Below, in pieces: positions 1-10,554 of a DNA stretch of 37,148 nucleotides. Source of the stretch: an uncultured Collinsella sp. Its GTDB lineage: Bacteria > Actinomycetota > Coriobacteriia > Coriobacteriales > Coriobacteriaceae. How positions within the stretch are numbered: position 1 is the first letter of the stretch; each line of letters begins with the position of its first letter. The DNA lies in the NCBI GenBank assembly GCA_938033385.1, contig CALHJX010000368.1, forward strand, positions 1 to 37,148. Reading direction: 5' to 3'. The translations under genes were made by a program, and so were the position numbers. The notes under the pieces are model-generated. The model made no database searches. It was not told the DNA's origin and was given only the letters and a program-made list of their open reading frames with translations.

Positions 1-711
1 CGTCATCTGGAACACCGCCTCAATGTCTGCCTGGGTCTGGAGCGTAATGTTCGCAGACGCCCGCTGCGTTCCGACCAACTCGAGCTCGGTGGTCTGCGGC
101 AGCTTCTCGTCGTTAAGGTACGGCGTATCGTAGAGCACTTCCTTAAGCCCAAACAGATGACGTGCACCTGGCACGACGGTGTAGAGCGAGCCCTCGGGCG
201 CCAGTACGCGGGCAAACTCGCGCTCGTTAAAGGGAGCAAAGAGCTCGGTCACCATATCGAAGGCGCCATCGGCCACGGGGATATCCTTCATGTTGGCCAC
301 AAAATAGGTCGCATCGCCGCGCTTGGCGGCCAGGCGCACCATCTCTTTGCCCAAGTCGAACCCGTAAGCGTCCACGCCCGGCACCGCGCCCATGGCGCTG
401 GTGTAGTAGCCCTCGCCACAGCAAATATCGAGCAGCGTCATGGGGCCATTCGTAGACGCGGCGCGCCCAGACGCCTGCTTGCGCACCAGCTCGATCATCA
501 CATCGCGCAACGGCGCGTAGTATCCACGGTTCAGAAAGTCGCGACGGCTGCGTGCCTGCGACTTGGGATCGCCCATGGAGTCGCCGCTCTTGGACGAGCG
601 CAGCAGATATAGATAGCCCTCGCGCGCACGGTCAAACCGGTGTCCGCCCGCGCACACAGCACCGCGTTCGTCATCCACCAGCGGCTCATGGCAAACGGGA
701 CACAACAACAT
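1..711 (-). CDS. rlmA: RlmA-like rRNA (guanine-N1) methyltransferase, 3' end runs off the window
   Basis: Hand translation from ATG at 711 (GGAG upstream): MLLCPVCHEPL...VCARGHRFDRAREGYLYLL...RRDFLNRGYYAPLRD...LLDICCGEGYYT. This is an N-terminal Zn finger (CxxC...C...H) plus a SAM-binding motif typical of RlmA. It is absent from the ORF track because there is no stop in the window. Confidence 0.85.
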   Translation of the reverse strand, partial: MLLCPVCHEPLVDDERGAVCAGGHRFDRAREGYLYLLRSSKSGDSMGDPKSQARSRRDFLNRGYYAPLRDVMIELVRKQASGRAASTNGPMTLLDICCGEGYYTSAMGAVPGVDAYGFDLGKEMVRLAAKRGDATYFVANMKDIPVADGAFDMVTELFAPFNEREFARVLAPEGSLYTVVPGARHLFGLKEVLYDTPYLNDEKLPQTTELELVGTQRASANITLQTQADIEAVFQMT

Positions 712-767
712 GGCAACTCCTTAGCGCGGACTACACAACGCCCACCATTGTCGCACGCCTTCCCCGC

Positions 768-825
768 CTAGTCATTGGAGACGTTCTTGAATGACTAGTC
801 GTTTTAGAACGTCCCCCATGACTAG
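768..825. repeat. 58-bp REP-like imperfect palindrome (doublet of ~27-nt hairpins), copy A
   Basis: CTAGTCATTGGAGACGTTCTTGAATGACT|AGTCGTTTTAGAACGTCCCCCATGACTAG; a near-identical copy lies at 23115-23170. Confidence 0.85.
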
Positions 826-889
826 TCGATTAGGAGTATCATCGTCTGCGCAAATAAGCACAAAATAGCATGTTAGAGATTGAGAGCGT

Positions 890-2272
890 ATGGCTGACAC
901 CGCATCTAAGCACATTGACATGACCACCGGATCGCTGTGGCGCAATGTTCCCCTGTTCGCCTTCCCCGTGGCCGCCACGAGCATCTTGGAGCAGCTGTCG
1001 AACCTCATCGCCACGGTCATCATCGGTAACTTCTCGGGCGACCAGGGAACCCTTGCCATGGCGGCGGTCGGCTCCAATGTTCCGCTTACCAGTCTTATGC
1101 TCAACCTGTTTATCGGCATGTCGCTTGGCTCAAATGTGGTCATCGCCAACGCTATCGGCCGCAACGATCAAAACATGGTCAAACGCGCCGTCCATACCTC
1201 AATTTTAATGGCGCTCGTGGGATTTGTCGTCATCGCACTGGGTGAGATCTTTGCCGAGCCCATGCTCGCCGCGCTCAACGTTCCCGCCGAAACCATGCCG
1301 CTCGCTTCGCTCTACCTACGCGTCTTTTTGCTCAGCATGCCCTCAATCTTGCTTTACAACTTTGAGGCCGCGATCTTCCGCTCCGTCGGCATCACCCGCA
1401 TGCCGCTGCAGGCGCTTGCCGTGTCCACCGTCCTCAACATTGGCCTGGACCTCATCTTTGTCCCCGTACTCCACTGGGGCGTCGCGGGCGTCGCCATCGC
1501 CACCGCCATCGCCTACACCGTCAGCGCCGCAACGCTCTTTATCCGCCTGCTCAAGACCGACTCCGTCGTCCGCGTCACCCCGCGCGACCTGGCTATCGAC
1601 CCCGTCGCCCTCAAGCGCATCGTCAAGATCGGCCTGCCCGCCGGCATCCAAAGCGCTGTCTTTGCCGTCGCCAACATCATCATCCAGTCTGCCATCAACA
1701 GCCTGGGCACCGAGGTCATGGCGGCATCGAGCGCCGCCATGAGCCTGGAGTACGTGTGTTACAACCTGCTCAACAGCTTTAGCCAAGCTTGCACCACCTT
1801 TGTGGGACAAAACCACGGTGCCCGCAAGATCGACCGCTGCACCAAGACGCTCAAGGTCTGCCTGGTCGAAGGCGGTATCGTTGCACTCACCACGATTATC
1901 GTTATTGTCGGCCTGGGGCGCGAGATCCTGTCGCTGTTCAACAGCGATCCCAACATCGTCTCGATTGGCTATATCCGCGTGTGCTCGATCTTCCCGGCGT
2001 ACGCCTTTAGCATGTTCTACGAAAACATGTCCGGCTACCTGCGCGGATTTGGTATCTCGCTCACGCCCGCCCTCATCACCATGATCTGTGTCTGCGGCAT
2101 CCGCTTCTATTGGGTGTTCTGCGTGTTCCCGCACTTCCGCACCTTTGCGAACATTATGATGGTCTACCCCATCAGCCTGGGCACCACGGCGTTCTTTATG
2201 GTCGTGGCGGTACTACTCTGCCACCCGGCACGCACCTATCGCGCCACCCAAGCCAAAGCGACAGCCCGCTAA
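890..2272 (+). CDS. MATE family efflux transporter
   Basis: 460 aa, about 12 hydrophobic segments, DMTTGSLWRNVPLFAFP start, AAVG motif, internally duplicated MATE halves (IGLPAGIQ, FVGQNHGA). Confidence 0.93.
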   Translation: MADTASKHIDMTTGSLWRNVPLFAFPVAATSILEQLSNLIATVIIGNFSGDQGTLAMAAVGSNVPLTSLMLNLFIGMSLGSNVVIANAIGRNDQNMVKRAVHTSILMALVGFVVIALGEIFAEPMLAALNVPAETMPLASLYLRVFLLSMPSILLYNFEAAIFRSVGITRMPLQALAVSTVLNIGLDLIFVPVLHWGVAGVAIATAIAYTVSAATLFIRLLKTDSVVRVTPRDLAIDPVALKRIVKIGLPAGIQSAVFAVANIIIQSAINSLGTEVMAASSAAMSLEYVCYNLLNSFSQACTTFVGQNHGARKIDRCTKTLKVCLVEGGIVALTTIIVIVGLGREILSLFNSDPNIVSIGYIRVCSIFPAYAFSMFYENMSGYLRGFGISLTPALITMICVCGIRFYWVFCVFPHFRTFANIMMVYPISLGTTAFFMVVAVLLCHPARTYRATQAKATAR

Positions 2273-2299
2273 ACACCGCACTCAACGCCATGCCAGTCA

Positions 2300-3166
2300 T
2301 TAATTGACAATATGTGAGCTCATATAGTCGATAAAGCGCCTCGTGGCGATGGGCATGGTGTCCCAGCTGCGCCAGGCCGCCACTACGTCGCGTGAGGGAG
2401 CATGCACGATGGGCCGCACACGAATATCGGCCCGCATGCCTTCCACAGTACGACGGTAGAGCATACTCACGCCTAGGCCCTCCTCCACCATCGCCATGAT
2501 GGTGTAGTCGTCGGTGACCTCGCTCGTCACGTGCGGCGACAGGCCATGCGCCGCGAATGCATCGAGCACCAGGCTCTGTTCGCCCTCATCCAGCAGTACA
2601 AACGGCTCGGACGCCAGGTCGGCGAGTGTCACCTTTTCCTTTGCCGTCAGCGGATGCGCGGCCGGCAACAATGCCACCAACTCGTCGTGATAGACCACGC
2701 GCTTCTCGAGCCCAGCGGTAAATCCGCGTGCCGTAAAGCAAAAATCAACCACGCCATCGTGCACCCACTGGGCGTTGCGCGTGTAATCGCCCTGCTTGAG
2801 GGTAAAGCGTACGCCCGGGTGCAGGGCTCCAAAATCGCGGATCACGCGCGGCAATACGGTTCGACTCACGTTGGTAAACGTCGCGATGCGAATATCGGTC
2901 GACGAAAGTCCCAGCAGCTCCTGGCGCTTGCCCTCGAGCTCGGCCTCGGCGGTCACAATCTGGCGCAGGTACGGCAGATATTGTTTACCGTCGCGTGTAA
3001 GCGAAACGCCCTGCTTTCCGCGCTCGATAAGCGTGGTACCCAGCTCGCACTCGAGCGCCTTGACGGCCTGGCTCACCGCACTTTGCGTATAGCCCAGCTC
3101 GTCCGCCGCACCCTTCAGGCTGCCGCAATCGACCGCCATACACACAATCTGATACCGCGATGCCAT
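2300..3166 (-). CDS. LysR family transcriptional regulator
   Basis: N-terminal HTH GSLKGAADELGYTQSAVSQAVKALE, 288 aa, C-terminal MVEEGLGVSML; divergent from the DMT gene. Confidence 0.95.
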   Translation of the reverse strand: MASRYQIVCMAVDCGSLKGAADELGYTQSAVSQAVKALECELGTTLIERGKQGVSLTRDGKQYLPYLRQIVTAEAELEGKRQELLGLSSTDIRIATFTNVSRTVLPRVIRDFGALHPGVRFTLKQGDYTRNAQWVHDGVVDFCFTARGFTAGLEKRVVYHDELVALLPAAHPLTAKEKVTLADLASEPFVLLDEGEQSLVLDAFAAHGLSPHVTSEVTDDYTIMAMVEEGLGVSMLYRRTVEGMRADIRVRPIVHAPSRDVVAAWRSWDTMPIATRRFIDYMSSHIVN

Positions 3167-3222
3167 CGTGCCTCCCCATCGATGTAGCCGTAAAACGTTT
3201 TGCCAGGGCTTTTTCTTCCGAC

Positions 3223-3238
3223 ATTAGCATTTCTTAAT
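3223..3238. promoter_or_regulatory. Putative LysR binding site (T-N11-A dyad)
   Basis: ATTAGCATTTCTTAAT, an imperfect dyad in the AT-rich spacer between the divergent lysR and DMT genes. Confidence 0.5.
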
Positions 3239-3324
3239 CATACTGAAGATACATTCGCTTTACTACATCCAAATCTGGGAGCAGAATCCTTTTTACGAAA
3301 CCGTTCTGTAACAAAAGGAGTCCC

Positions 3325-4227
3325 ATGGATCGCAAAAAAGCAATCGCGCTCTCATTTTCCGTTCCCGTCGCATGGGGCTTTTCGTACCCCCTCATGAAGA
3401 TCGGCATGGACAGCATGAACGCCACGAGCATCGTTGCGCTGCGCTGCATCATCGCCTTTGCGGCCTGCCTGCTGCTCTTTCACAAACGCACTTTCCGCAT
3501 CAATCGCGACCTTATGGTTCGCGCCGCCATTATCGGTGCCATCATGGCAACCGAGCTCACCTGCATGTGTCTGGGCTCCAGCCTCACTTCTGCCTCCACC
3601 GCCGGCTTTTTACAGAGCCTGACGGTCGTGATTGTGCCGTTTGCCAACGCGGCCCTGCTGCGCCGCGTCCCCGAGCGCAAAGTGCTCATCGGCACGGCTA
3701 TCGTCACCTGCGGCATGCTGCTGCTCTCGGGCGCCGACTTCACCAGCCTGAACCCGGGCGCGCTCATCATGCTGCTCTCAGCCTTTGTCTATGCCGGTCA
3801 TATCATTGTGGCGAAGCGCTTTGTCGAAGATGTCGACCCGCTGGCCCTGGGCGTTTGGCAGCTGGGCTTTGGCGGCCTGTTCTCGGGCATTGCCGCATGC
3901 GTCTTTGGCGGCTTTACCCTTCCCAGTACGCCCAGCGAGATCGTGGTCGTCATTGCCCTCGCGCTCATCTGCTCTGCCTACGGTTTTATCACCCAGACGC
4001 TCGTGCAGCCCCACGTGCCCGCCGAGACCACCGGCTTCGCCTTCTCGCTTGAGCCGGTCTGCTCCGCTGTCTTTTCGTTCTTCTTGGTTGGCGAGGTCCT
4101 GAGCCCCATCGCCTTCTTTGGCGCCGCCCTCATCCTAACCGGCGTCATGGTGGCAACCGTCGAGCTTCCGCGCCTCCGCGCACATGAACAGGCTCGCATG
4201 GCAGGAGCGCCCGAGCACGTCTCGTAG
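3325..4227 (+). CDS. DMT/EamA family transporter
   Basis: 300 aa, about 10 TM segments, WGFSYPLMK and SLEPV motifs, AAAAGGAG RBS. Confidence 0.92.
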   Translation: MDRKKAIALSFSVPVAWGFSYPLMKIGMDSMNATSIVALRCIIAFAACLLLFHKRTFRINRDLMVRAAIIGAIMATELTCMCLGSSLTSASTAGFLQSLTVVIVPFANAALLRRVPERKVLIGTAIVTCGMLLLSGADFTSLNPGALIMLLSAFVYAGHIIVAKRFVEDVDPLALGVWQLGFGGLFSGIAACVFGGFTLPSTPSEIVVVIALALICSAYGFITQTLVQPHVPAETTGFAFSLEPVCSAVFSFFLVGEVLSPIAFFGAALILTGVMVATVELPRLRAHEQARMAGAPEHVS

Positions 4228-4315
4228 ACCCCGCTCTTCATACAGCCGTGGCATAAAGGCAACCGGTGCGCCTTTACAATAGATGCCAACAGAGCATCTG
4301 CCATAAAGGAGCCCC

Positions 4316-5041
4316 ATGGACACCGCGACCCGCGACCGCAACATAGCAACTTGGTTGGGCGATGCGCCGCAGCCGGTACGTGACACTACGAACCAGCTGC
4401 TCGAGCGCATCGCCCTCTTGCGTGCCGAACAGACCATCTACCCGGCACAAGACGACATCCTCAATGCCCTCGCCTACACGCCGGCCGACCAGGTCAAGGT
4501 TGTCATCTTAGGTCAAGACCCCTATCACGGACCCAACCAGGCCATGGGGCTGTCGTTCTCGGTCCCCGCAACGCAAACCAAGTTGCCGCCGAGCCTGCGC
4601 AACATCTATAAGGAGCTCAAAGCCGATCTGGGTTGCCCCATCCCCGCCACGGGAGACTTGACACCATGGGCACAGCAGGGCGTCCTGCTCCTCAACACTA
4701 CGCTCACCGTGCGCGAGCATGCCGCCAACTCGCACGCCAAACTGGGCTGGAGCACGCTCACCGACTACGTTATCGAACGCTGCTGCCAGCTGCCCCAGTC
4801 GGTCGTCTTTTTGGCATGGGGTCGCTTTGCCCAGCAGATGGTCGAAGGCAAGCTCGTCGCAACTGGTGCGGGCAAGGCAACCGGCAAGTTCTGCCTGGCC
4901 TCTACGCACCCCTCGCCGCTTTCGGCCAACCGTGCCACAGCAGAACTCCCCGCCTTTATGGGGTCGCGTCCCTTCTCGGCAGCCAATCAGCTACTCGAAC
5001 AGCACGGCTCGACCCCCGTCAACTGGACTTGCCTCGGCTAA
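4316..5041 (+). CDS. ung: Uracil-DNA glycosylase (family 1)
   Basis: Catalytic motifs VVILGQDPYHG, GLSFSV, PPSLRNIYKEL, GVLLLN, HPSPLS. Confidence 0.97.
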   Translation: MDTATRDRNIATWLGDAPQPVRDTTNQLLERIALLRAEQTIYPAQDDILNALAYTPADQVKVVILGQDPYHGPNQAMGLSFSVPATQTKLPPSLRNIYKELKADLGCPIPATGDLTPWAQQGVLLLNTTLTVREHAANSHAKLGWSTLTDYVIERCCQLPQSVVFLAWGRFAQQMVEGKLVATGAGKATGKFCLASTHPSPLSANRATAELPAFMGSRPFSAANQLLEQHGSTPVNWTCLG

Positions 5042-5056
5042 AAGTCGATACATCAA

Positions 5057-5090
5057 AAATGCGCCCGACGGCTTTCCATCGGGCGCATTT
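5057..5090. terminator. Hairpin terminator between convergent ung and SDR genes
   Basis: AAATGCGCCCGA-N10-TCGGGCGCATTT, with an A run on the left that reads as a U tract on the minus strand. Confidence 0.8.
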
Positions 5091-5091
5091 C

Positions 5092-5772
5092 CTATTCGGG
5101 CCAAATAAATTGTGTGCGGCCGGCCTCGCCGCCATCGATTAGCAGACTCTGCCCGGTCATAAACCGGTTGGTCACGCCCACAAAGTAGATCCACTCGGCG
5201 ATCTCTTGGGCGGTGGCCCAGCGCTTAAGCGGCGTGAGCTCCATAATCTGGTTCCACAGGTGTTCGTCTTCCATCACGCAACGGTTGAGCGGCGTGATAA
5301 CGCCGCCCGGGTCCACACTGTTGGCAATGGCCTGCGGTGCCAGGCGGTTTGCAAGGTTCTTGGTGTAGGCGATAACGCCGCCCTTGCTGGCAGCATAGGC
5401 AGGAAACTCCGATCCCGTATGCCCGCTCGCCGACCCCACATTGACCACGGATTTGATAGCCGGCGCCGGCTTGGCGGCAAGCCCCTCCCCCGCAAAGGCG
5501 TAGCGCTCGGTCACGTTGATGGTGCCATACAGGTTGGCGGCGATGTCGTCAGCCGAATCCTGCGTACCGGCAACGTTCACGATCACCTGGGGTTCAAGGT
5601 CACCTGGAAACGAGTCAGGCTCGCGGACATCAACAATCAGATGGCGGTAGCGCTCGTGTTCGATCACCGCCGGCAGCAGATCAAAGCCCACGACCTCGTG
5701 GCCCTCGTCCAAAAAGCGCTGCACGCATGCGGCTCCGATACCGCCCGAAGCGCCCGTGATCAAAACCCGCAT
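5092..5772 (-). CDS. Short-chain dehydrogenase/reductase (classical SDR, likely NAD(H)-preferring)
   Basis: TGASGGIG glycine-rich motif, Asp after beta2 (VVGFD), NVAG, catalytic S...YAASK, C-terminal TGQSLLIDGG. Confidence 0.93.
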   Translation of the reverse strand: MRVLITGASGGIGAACVQRFLDEGHEVVGFDLLPAVIEHERYRHLIVDVREPDSFPGDLEPQVIVNVAGTQDSADDIAANLYGTINVTERYAFAGEGLAAKPAPAIKSVVNVGSASGHTGSEFPAYAASKGGVIAYTKNLANRLAPQAIANSVDPGGVITPLNRCVMEDEHLWNQIMELTPLKRWATAQEIAEWIYFVGVTNRFMTGQSLLIDGGEAGRTQFIWPE

Positions 5773-5781
5773 ACTTGCTCC

Positions 5782-6504
5782 TTAGGCGGTTGCGTGGCGC
5801 TCGAGGTACTCGGAGCCCACATTCTCGCGCTCCCAGCCGCGCACGACCTTGTAGCCCACGGGGCTCAGGAAAACCTCGCACAGCAGCTCGGCAACAGCGC
5901 CGGTCAGCGAGCACATAAGGACCTGCACCCAGGTCCAACCAAAGAACGTGTGGCTCACCACAATGGCAAAGACCAAGTTGTCGATAAACTGGCCAACACC
6001 CGTGGACACATAGGAGCGGAAGGCGAAGCTCGCAAAGTTATTCTTTTTGAGCATGCGGCCGAGCGACTGGTTGAGCGTGGAGTTAACCACGGCAGAAACG
6101 AGCATTGCCAGCGAAGAGCCCAGCACCGCGTACCAGGTGCCGCCAATGGTGGCGTTAAGGGCGGTGTTGACCTCGATCATGCCGGTGTCGTAGTAGGCGC
6201 CCCACATACCGGGCGTGAGCGAGCATGCCCAAAAGCACAGGCTCACGGCCAGGTTGACCAGCAGCGCGAGGATAGAGATTTTGATGGATGCCTTGGCGCC
6301 AAAGCGCTTGCAGATCATGTCCTGGCACAAAAACGAAACCCAGCTCACCACAAAGCCGCAATCGAGTGCCAGATACGGCAGGCTGATAAGCTCTTTGTTG
6401 GCCAGCAGGTTCATCATGATGACGCTCACGAAAAACAGCGAAACCGTTGCCGCGGGAATGCTCCGCAGCAGGACCTTGTAGTCCTCCATGACCTTCTTGA
6501 TCAT
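5782..6504 (-). CDS. yhhQ: VUT/YhhQ (COG1738) family queuosine-precursor transporter
   Basis: Start reassigned to ATG 6504 behind AAAGGAG. Motifs NLLANK, SFLCQDMICKRFG, GSSLAMLVS and RSYVSTGVGQFIDNLVF are characteristic of the family. Confidence 0.85.
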   Translation of the reverse strand: MIKKVMEDYKVLLRSIPAATVSLFFVSVIMMNLLANKELISLPYLALDCGFVVSWVSFLCQDMICKRFGAKASIKISILALLVNLAVSLCFWACSLTPGMWGAYYDTGMIEVNTALNATIGGTWYAVLGSSLAMLVSAVVNSTLNQSLGRMLKKNNFASFAFRSYVSTGVGQFIDNLVFAIVVSHTFFGWTWVQVLMCSLTGAVAELLCEVFLSPVGYKVVRGWERENVGSEYLERHATA

Positions 6505-6510
6505 TATGTA

Positions 6511-6560
6511 CTCCTTTGGTTTTAGGTTTAACGAGCAGGATATCGGACCCGAACTGCTCG
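6511..6560 (-). ncRNA. preQ1 class I-like riboswitch (translational, abuts the SD)
   Basis: Minus strand reads CGAGCAG-UUCGGGUCCGAUAUC-CUGCUCG-UUAAACCUAAAACC-AAAGGAG. It has a P1 stem, a loop opening GUUCG and closing AUCC, and an A-rich tail ending AAAACC that can pair with the loop GG. It lies directly upstream of a YhhQ-family gene. Confidence 0.75.
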
Positions 6561-6589
6561 GACGCCCCGGTCTTGAGACGACGGTGGGT

Positions 6590-6618
6590 ATGATAGCCGC
6601 TCGCGCGGCATAAGGCAA
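6590..6618 (-). promoter_or_regulatory. sigma70-type promoter for the yhhQ-SDR operon
   Basis: Minus strand TTGCCT-17 bp-TATCAT, placing the start site just upstream of the riboswitch. Confidence 0.65.
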
Positions 6619-6660
6619 ACAAACGGCGCGACAGCCCCACAGGACCACCGCGCCAATGCG

Positions 6661-8274
<1,614 letters not shown>

Positions 8275-8420
8275 GCGGATCCTTTCTTGCATTGAGTGCA
8301 TTACGTCGATGTAACCGCCCTATTGTAGCCGCGAAATCCCGCTCTAGGGCGCCTATCAGGACAAATTCATCAGTTGGGGCCTGGGTAGCCGGCCCAATCC
8401 ACATTTGCCTCTTGCATAAC

Positions 8421-8461
8421 TGTGCATAGTGTATATATACTGTGCTTACCGGTTATATACA
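8421..8461 (+). promoter_or_regulatory. Tandem GntR (YtrA-type) operator boxes
   Basis: TGTGCATAGTGTATATATAC followed immediately by TGTGCTTACCGGTTATATACA, i.e. TGT...TATAC(A) boxes at a 20-bp period, upstream of the GntR gene. Confidence 0.65.
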
Positions 8462-8489
8462 CGTGTAGCCCAACAGCTAAGGAGCCGCT

Positions 8490-8870
8490 GTGGACATCAT
8501 CCTATCCAATTCGAGCGATAAGCCCATCTACGAGCAGATAACCTCGCAAGTCAAAGCTCAGATCTTATCGGGCACGCTCGCTGCGGGAGCCAAACTCCCC
8601 AGCATCCGTGCACTCGCGAGCGATCTTGGCGTGAGCGTCATCACCACCAAGCGCGCCTACGCCGACCTGGAGCAGCTCGGGTTTATCTGCACCGTGCAGG
8701 GCAAGGGCTGTTTTGTCGCCGAGGGCAACCAGGAGCTTTTGCGCGAAAACCAGCTCTGCCATATCGAAGAGCTGCTTGCGAAAGCGGCAAGCCAAGCCGA
8801 AGCCTTGGGCGTCACGCGCGACAAACTGCACGAGATGCTCGACCTGGTAGCCCCCGAAACCATGCAGTAG
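8490..8870 (+). CDS. GntR family regulator, YtrA subfamily
   Basis: 126 aa; PIYEQI, KLPSIRALA, SVITTKRAY, GKGCFV; first gene of an ABC operon; GTG start after AAGGAG. Confidence 0.95.
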   Translation: MDIILSNSSDKPIYEQITSQVKAQILSGTLAAGAKLPSIRALASDLGVSVITTKRAYADLEQLGFICTVQGKGCFVAEGNQELLRENQLCHIEELLAKAASQAEALGVTRDKLHEMLDLVAPETMQ

Positions 8871-8893
8871 CCATCTGCAAGAAAGGCTATACC

Positions 8894-9775
8894 ATGCAAA
8901 ACTTGCTAGAACTCAAAGGTGTCTCACGCCGCGTGAGCGACTGTTTTTCGCTGCGTGATGTCACGCTCGCCGTGGAGCCCGGCCAGATTGTTGGCTTTGT
9001 GGGCGCTAACGGTGCCGGCAAGACAACGACCATTCGCGCCGCGCTCGGGCTTATCAAGCTCGATGCCGGCGAGGTGCGCCTGTTTGGGCAGCGCTGTGGC
9101 GCCGACGCGCCCGATGAGACACAGCGCTGCCTGCGCTCCCGCGTCGGTCTTGTCCTGGACACATGCCCCTTCCCCTCCACGCTCAAGGTGGGCCAGATCG
9201 AGTCGCTCGTAGGCCCGGCGTACCCCACGTGGGACCGCGAAACGTTCGCCGGATTCATCAACCGGTTTGGCCTCGATCCCAAGACAAAAGTCAAGGACCT
9301 CTCCCGCGGCATGGGCATGAAACTGCAGCTTGCCTGTGCACTCAGCCACAATGCCAAGCTGCTCGTTTTGGACGAAGCCACCGCGGGCCTCGATCCCATG
9401 GCACGCGAGGAACTGCTTGATGAGCTGCTTGCCTTTGTCGCCGACGGCCAGCACAGCGTGCTGCTCTCGAGCCACATTACATCCGACCTCGATCGCGCCG
9501 CCGACCGCGTCATCTGCATCGATAACGGCTCGATTATTTTTGACCTACCGCGCGAGGATATTACCGACCGCGCCGGCATCGCCCACTGTACCCAAGCGCA
9601 GGCTGCCGAGCTTATGGCTTGCGTCGAAGGCGCCCGTGCCGTCCACCACGTCTACAGCGTGGACGTCCTCGTACCCAACCGTCGCGAAACGCTCGAGGCC
9701 TTTCCCGAGATTCCCTGCGATCGGGCAACCATTGATGACTATCTGCGCCTCACGCTGAAAGGGGCTTCGAAATGA
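8894..9775 (+). CDS. ABC transporter ATP-binding protein
   Basis: Walker A GANGAGKTT, signature LSRGM, Walker B LLVLDE, H-loop SSH. Confidence 0.95.
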   Translation: MQNLLELKGVSRRVSDCFSLRDVTLAVEPGQIVGFVGANGAGKTTTIRAALGLIKLDAGEVRLFGQRCGADAPDETQRCLRSRVGLVLDTCPFPSTLKVGQIESLVGPAYPTWDRETFAGFINRFGLDPKTKVKDLSRGMGMKLQLACALSHNAKLLVLDEATAGLDPMAREELLDELLAFVADGQHSVLLSSHITSDLDRAADRVICIDNGSIIFDLPREDITDRAGIAHCTQAQAAELMACVEGARAVHHVYSVDVLVPNRRETLEAFPEIPCDRATIDDYLRLTLKGASK

Positions 9776-10470
9776 AACGCGCCTTTATATCCGAGCTCGC
9801 CATCGTTCGCACGCTCGTCCCGAGCATCGCGGGCGTCAGCCTGTTTATATTCGTCGTGTTGACCCTCGCCAACGCATCGGACGGTGATTCCGGCATAAGC
9901 GCCGGCGCCTGCGCCGTCAGTGCCATGTCACCCATCATATTCATGAACTCACTGGCTGGCTACGATAACCAAAACGGCTGGGAGCGCTATCGGGCAACGC
10001 TGCCGTTCTCGCGCAAAGACATCATCTGCGCACGCTACCTGTGCATTATTGCTTTCTCGGCCGTCATGGCATGCGCCGCCGTGCTTTTGAACATCATCGC
10101 CCTTCCGTTCTTCGATCACACGGGCATTCCTTCGACGGGACAGACCGTCTTTGAGATCACAATAGCCTCCGCCGCATCGATGCTCATCTCCCTCATGATG
10201 ATGTTTTTGGCACAGCCGCTGTTCTTTCGATTTGGACACATGGAGGCGCTGCGCCTTTCCGTCGGCCTGTTTGCCCTGATGGGCTGCGGTACCATGGCAA
10301 TGCTGAGCTCTTCCAACCCCATTAGCAACTGGCTCATGTCGATTGCCGGAGCGAATCCCGATCCTGCCGTCCTTGGCGGTCTGTGCGCAGGAATTGCCGT
10401 ACTGGCCCTCGCGCTATGTGCAATCAGCTGCACCGTCAGCACCAAGGTTTATCGAGTACGCGACCTGTAG
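9772..10470 (+). CDS. ABC-2 type transporter permease
   Basis: About 6 TM segments, DNQNGWERYRATLPFSRKDIICARY motif, ATGA overlap with the ATPase gene. Confidence 0.88.
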   Translation: MKRAFISELAIVRTLVPSIAGVSLFIFVVLTLANASDGDSGISAGACAVSAMSPIIFMNSLAGYDNQNGWERYRATLPFSRKDIICARYLCIIAFSAVMACAAVLLNIIALPFFDHTGIPSTGQTVFEITIASAASMLISLMMMFLAQPLFFRFGHMEALRLSVGLFALMGCGTMAMLSSSNPISNWLMSIAGANPDPAVLGGLCAGIAVLALALCAISCTVSTKVYRVRDL

Positions 10471-10554
10471 CCACGCGAGTCTCAATCCACGAAGGGCGCG
10501 ATCGCCGCCCGCAAATCCGTGACAAATGGCATATCCCCGACGTGCGCCGCCGTG

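Noticed and set aside
768..830. CRISPR array suggested by recurring GACTAGTC words
   Set aside because: The units form an inverted palindrome with no unique spacers, and there are no cas genes.
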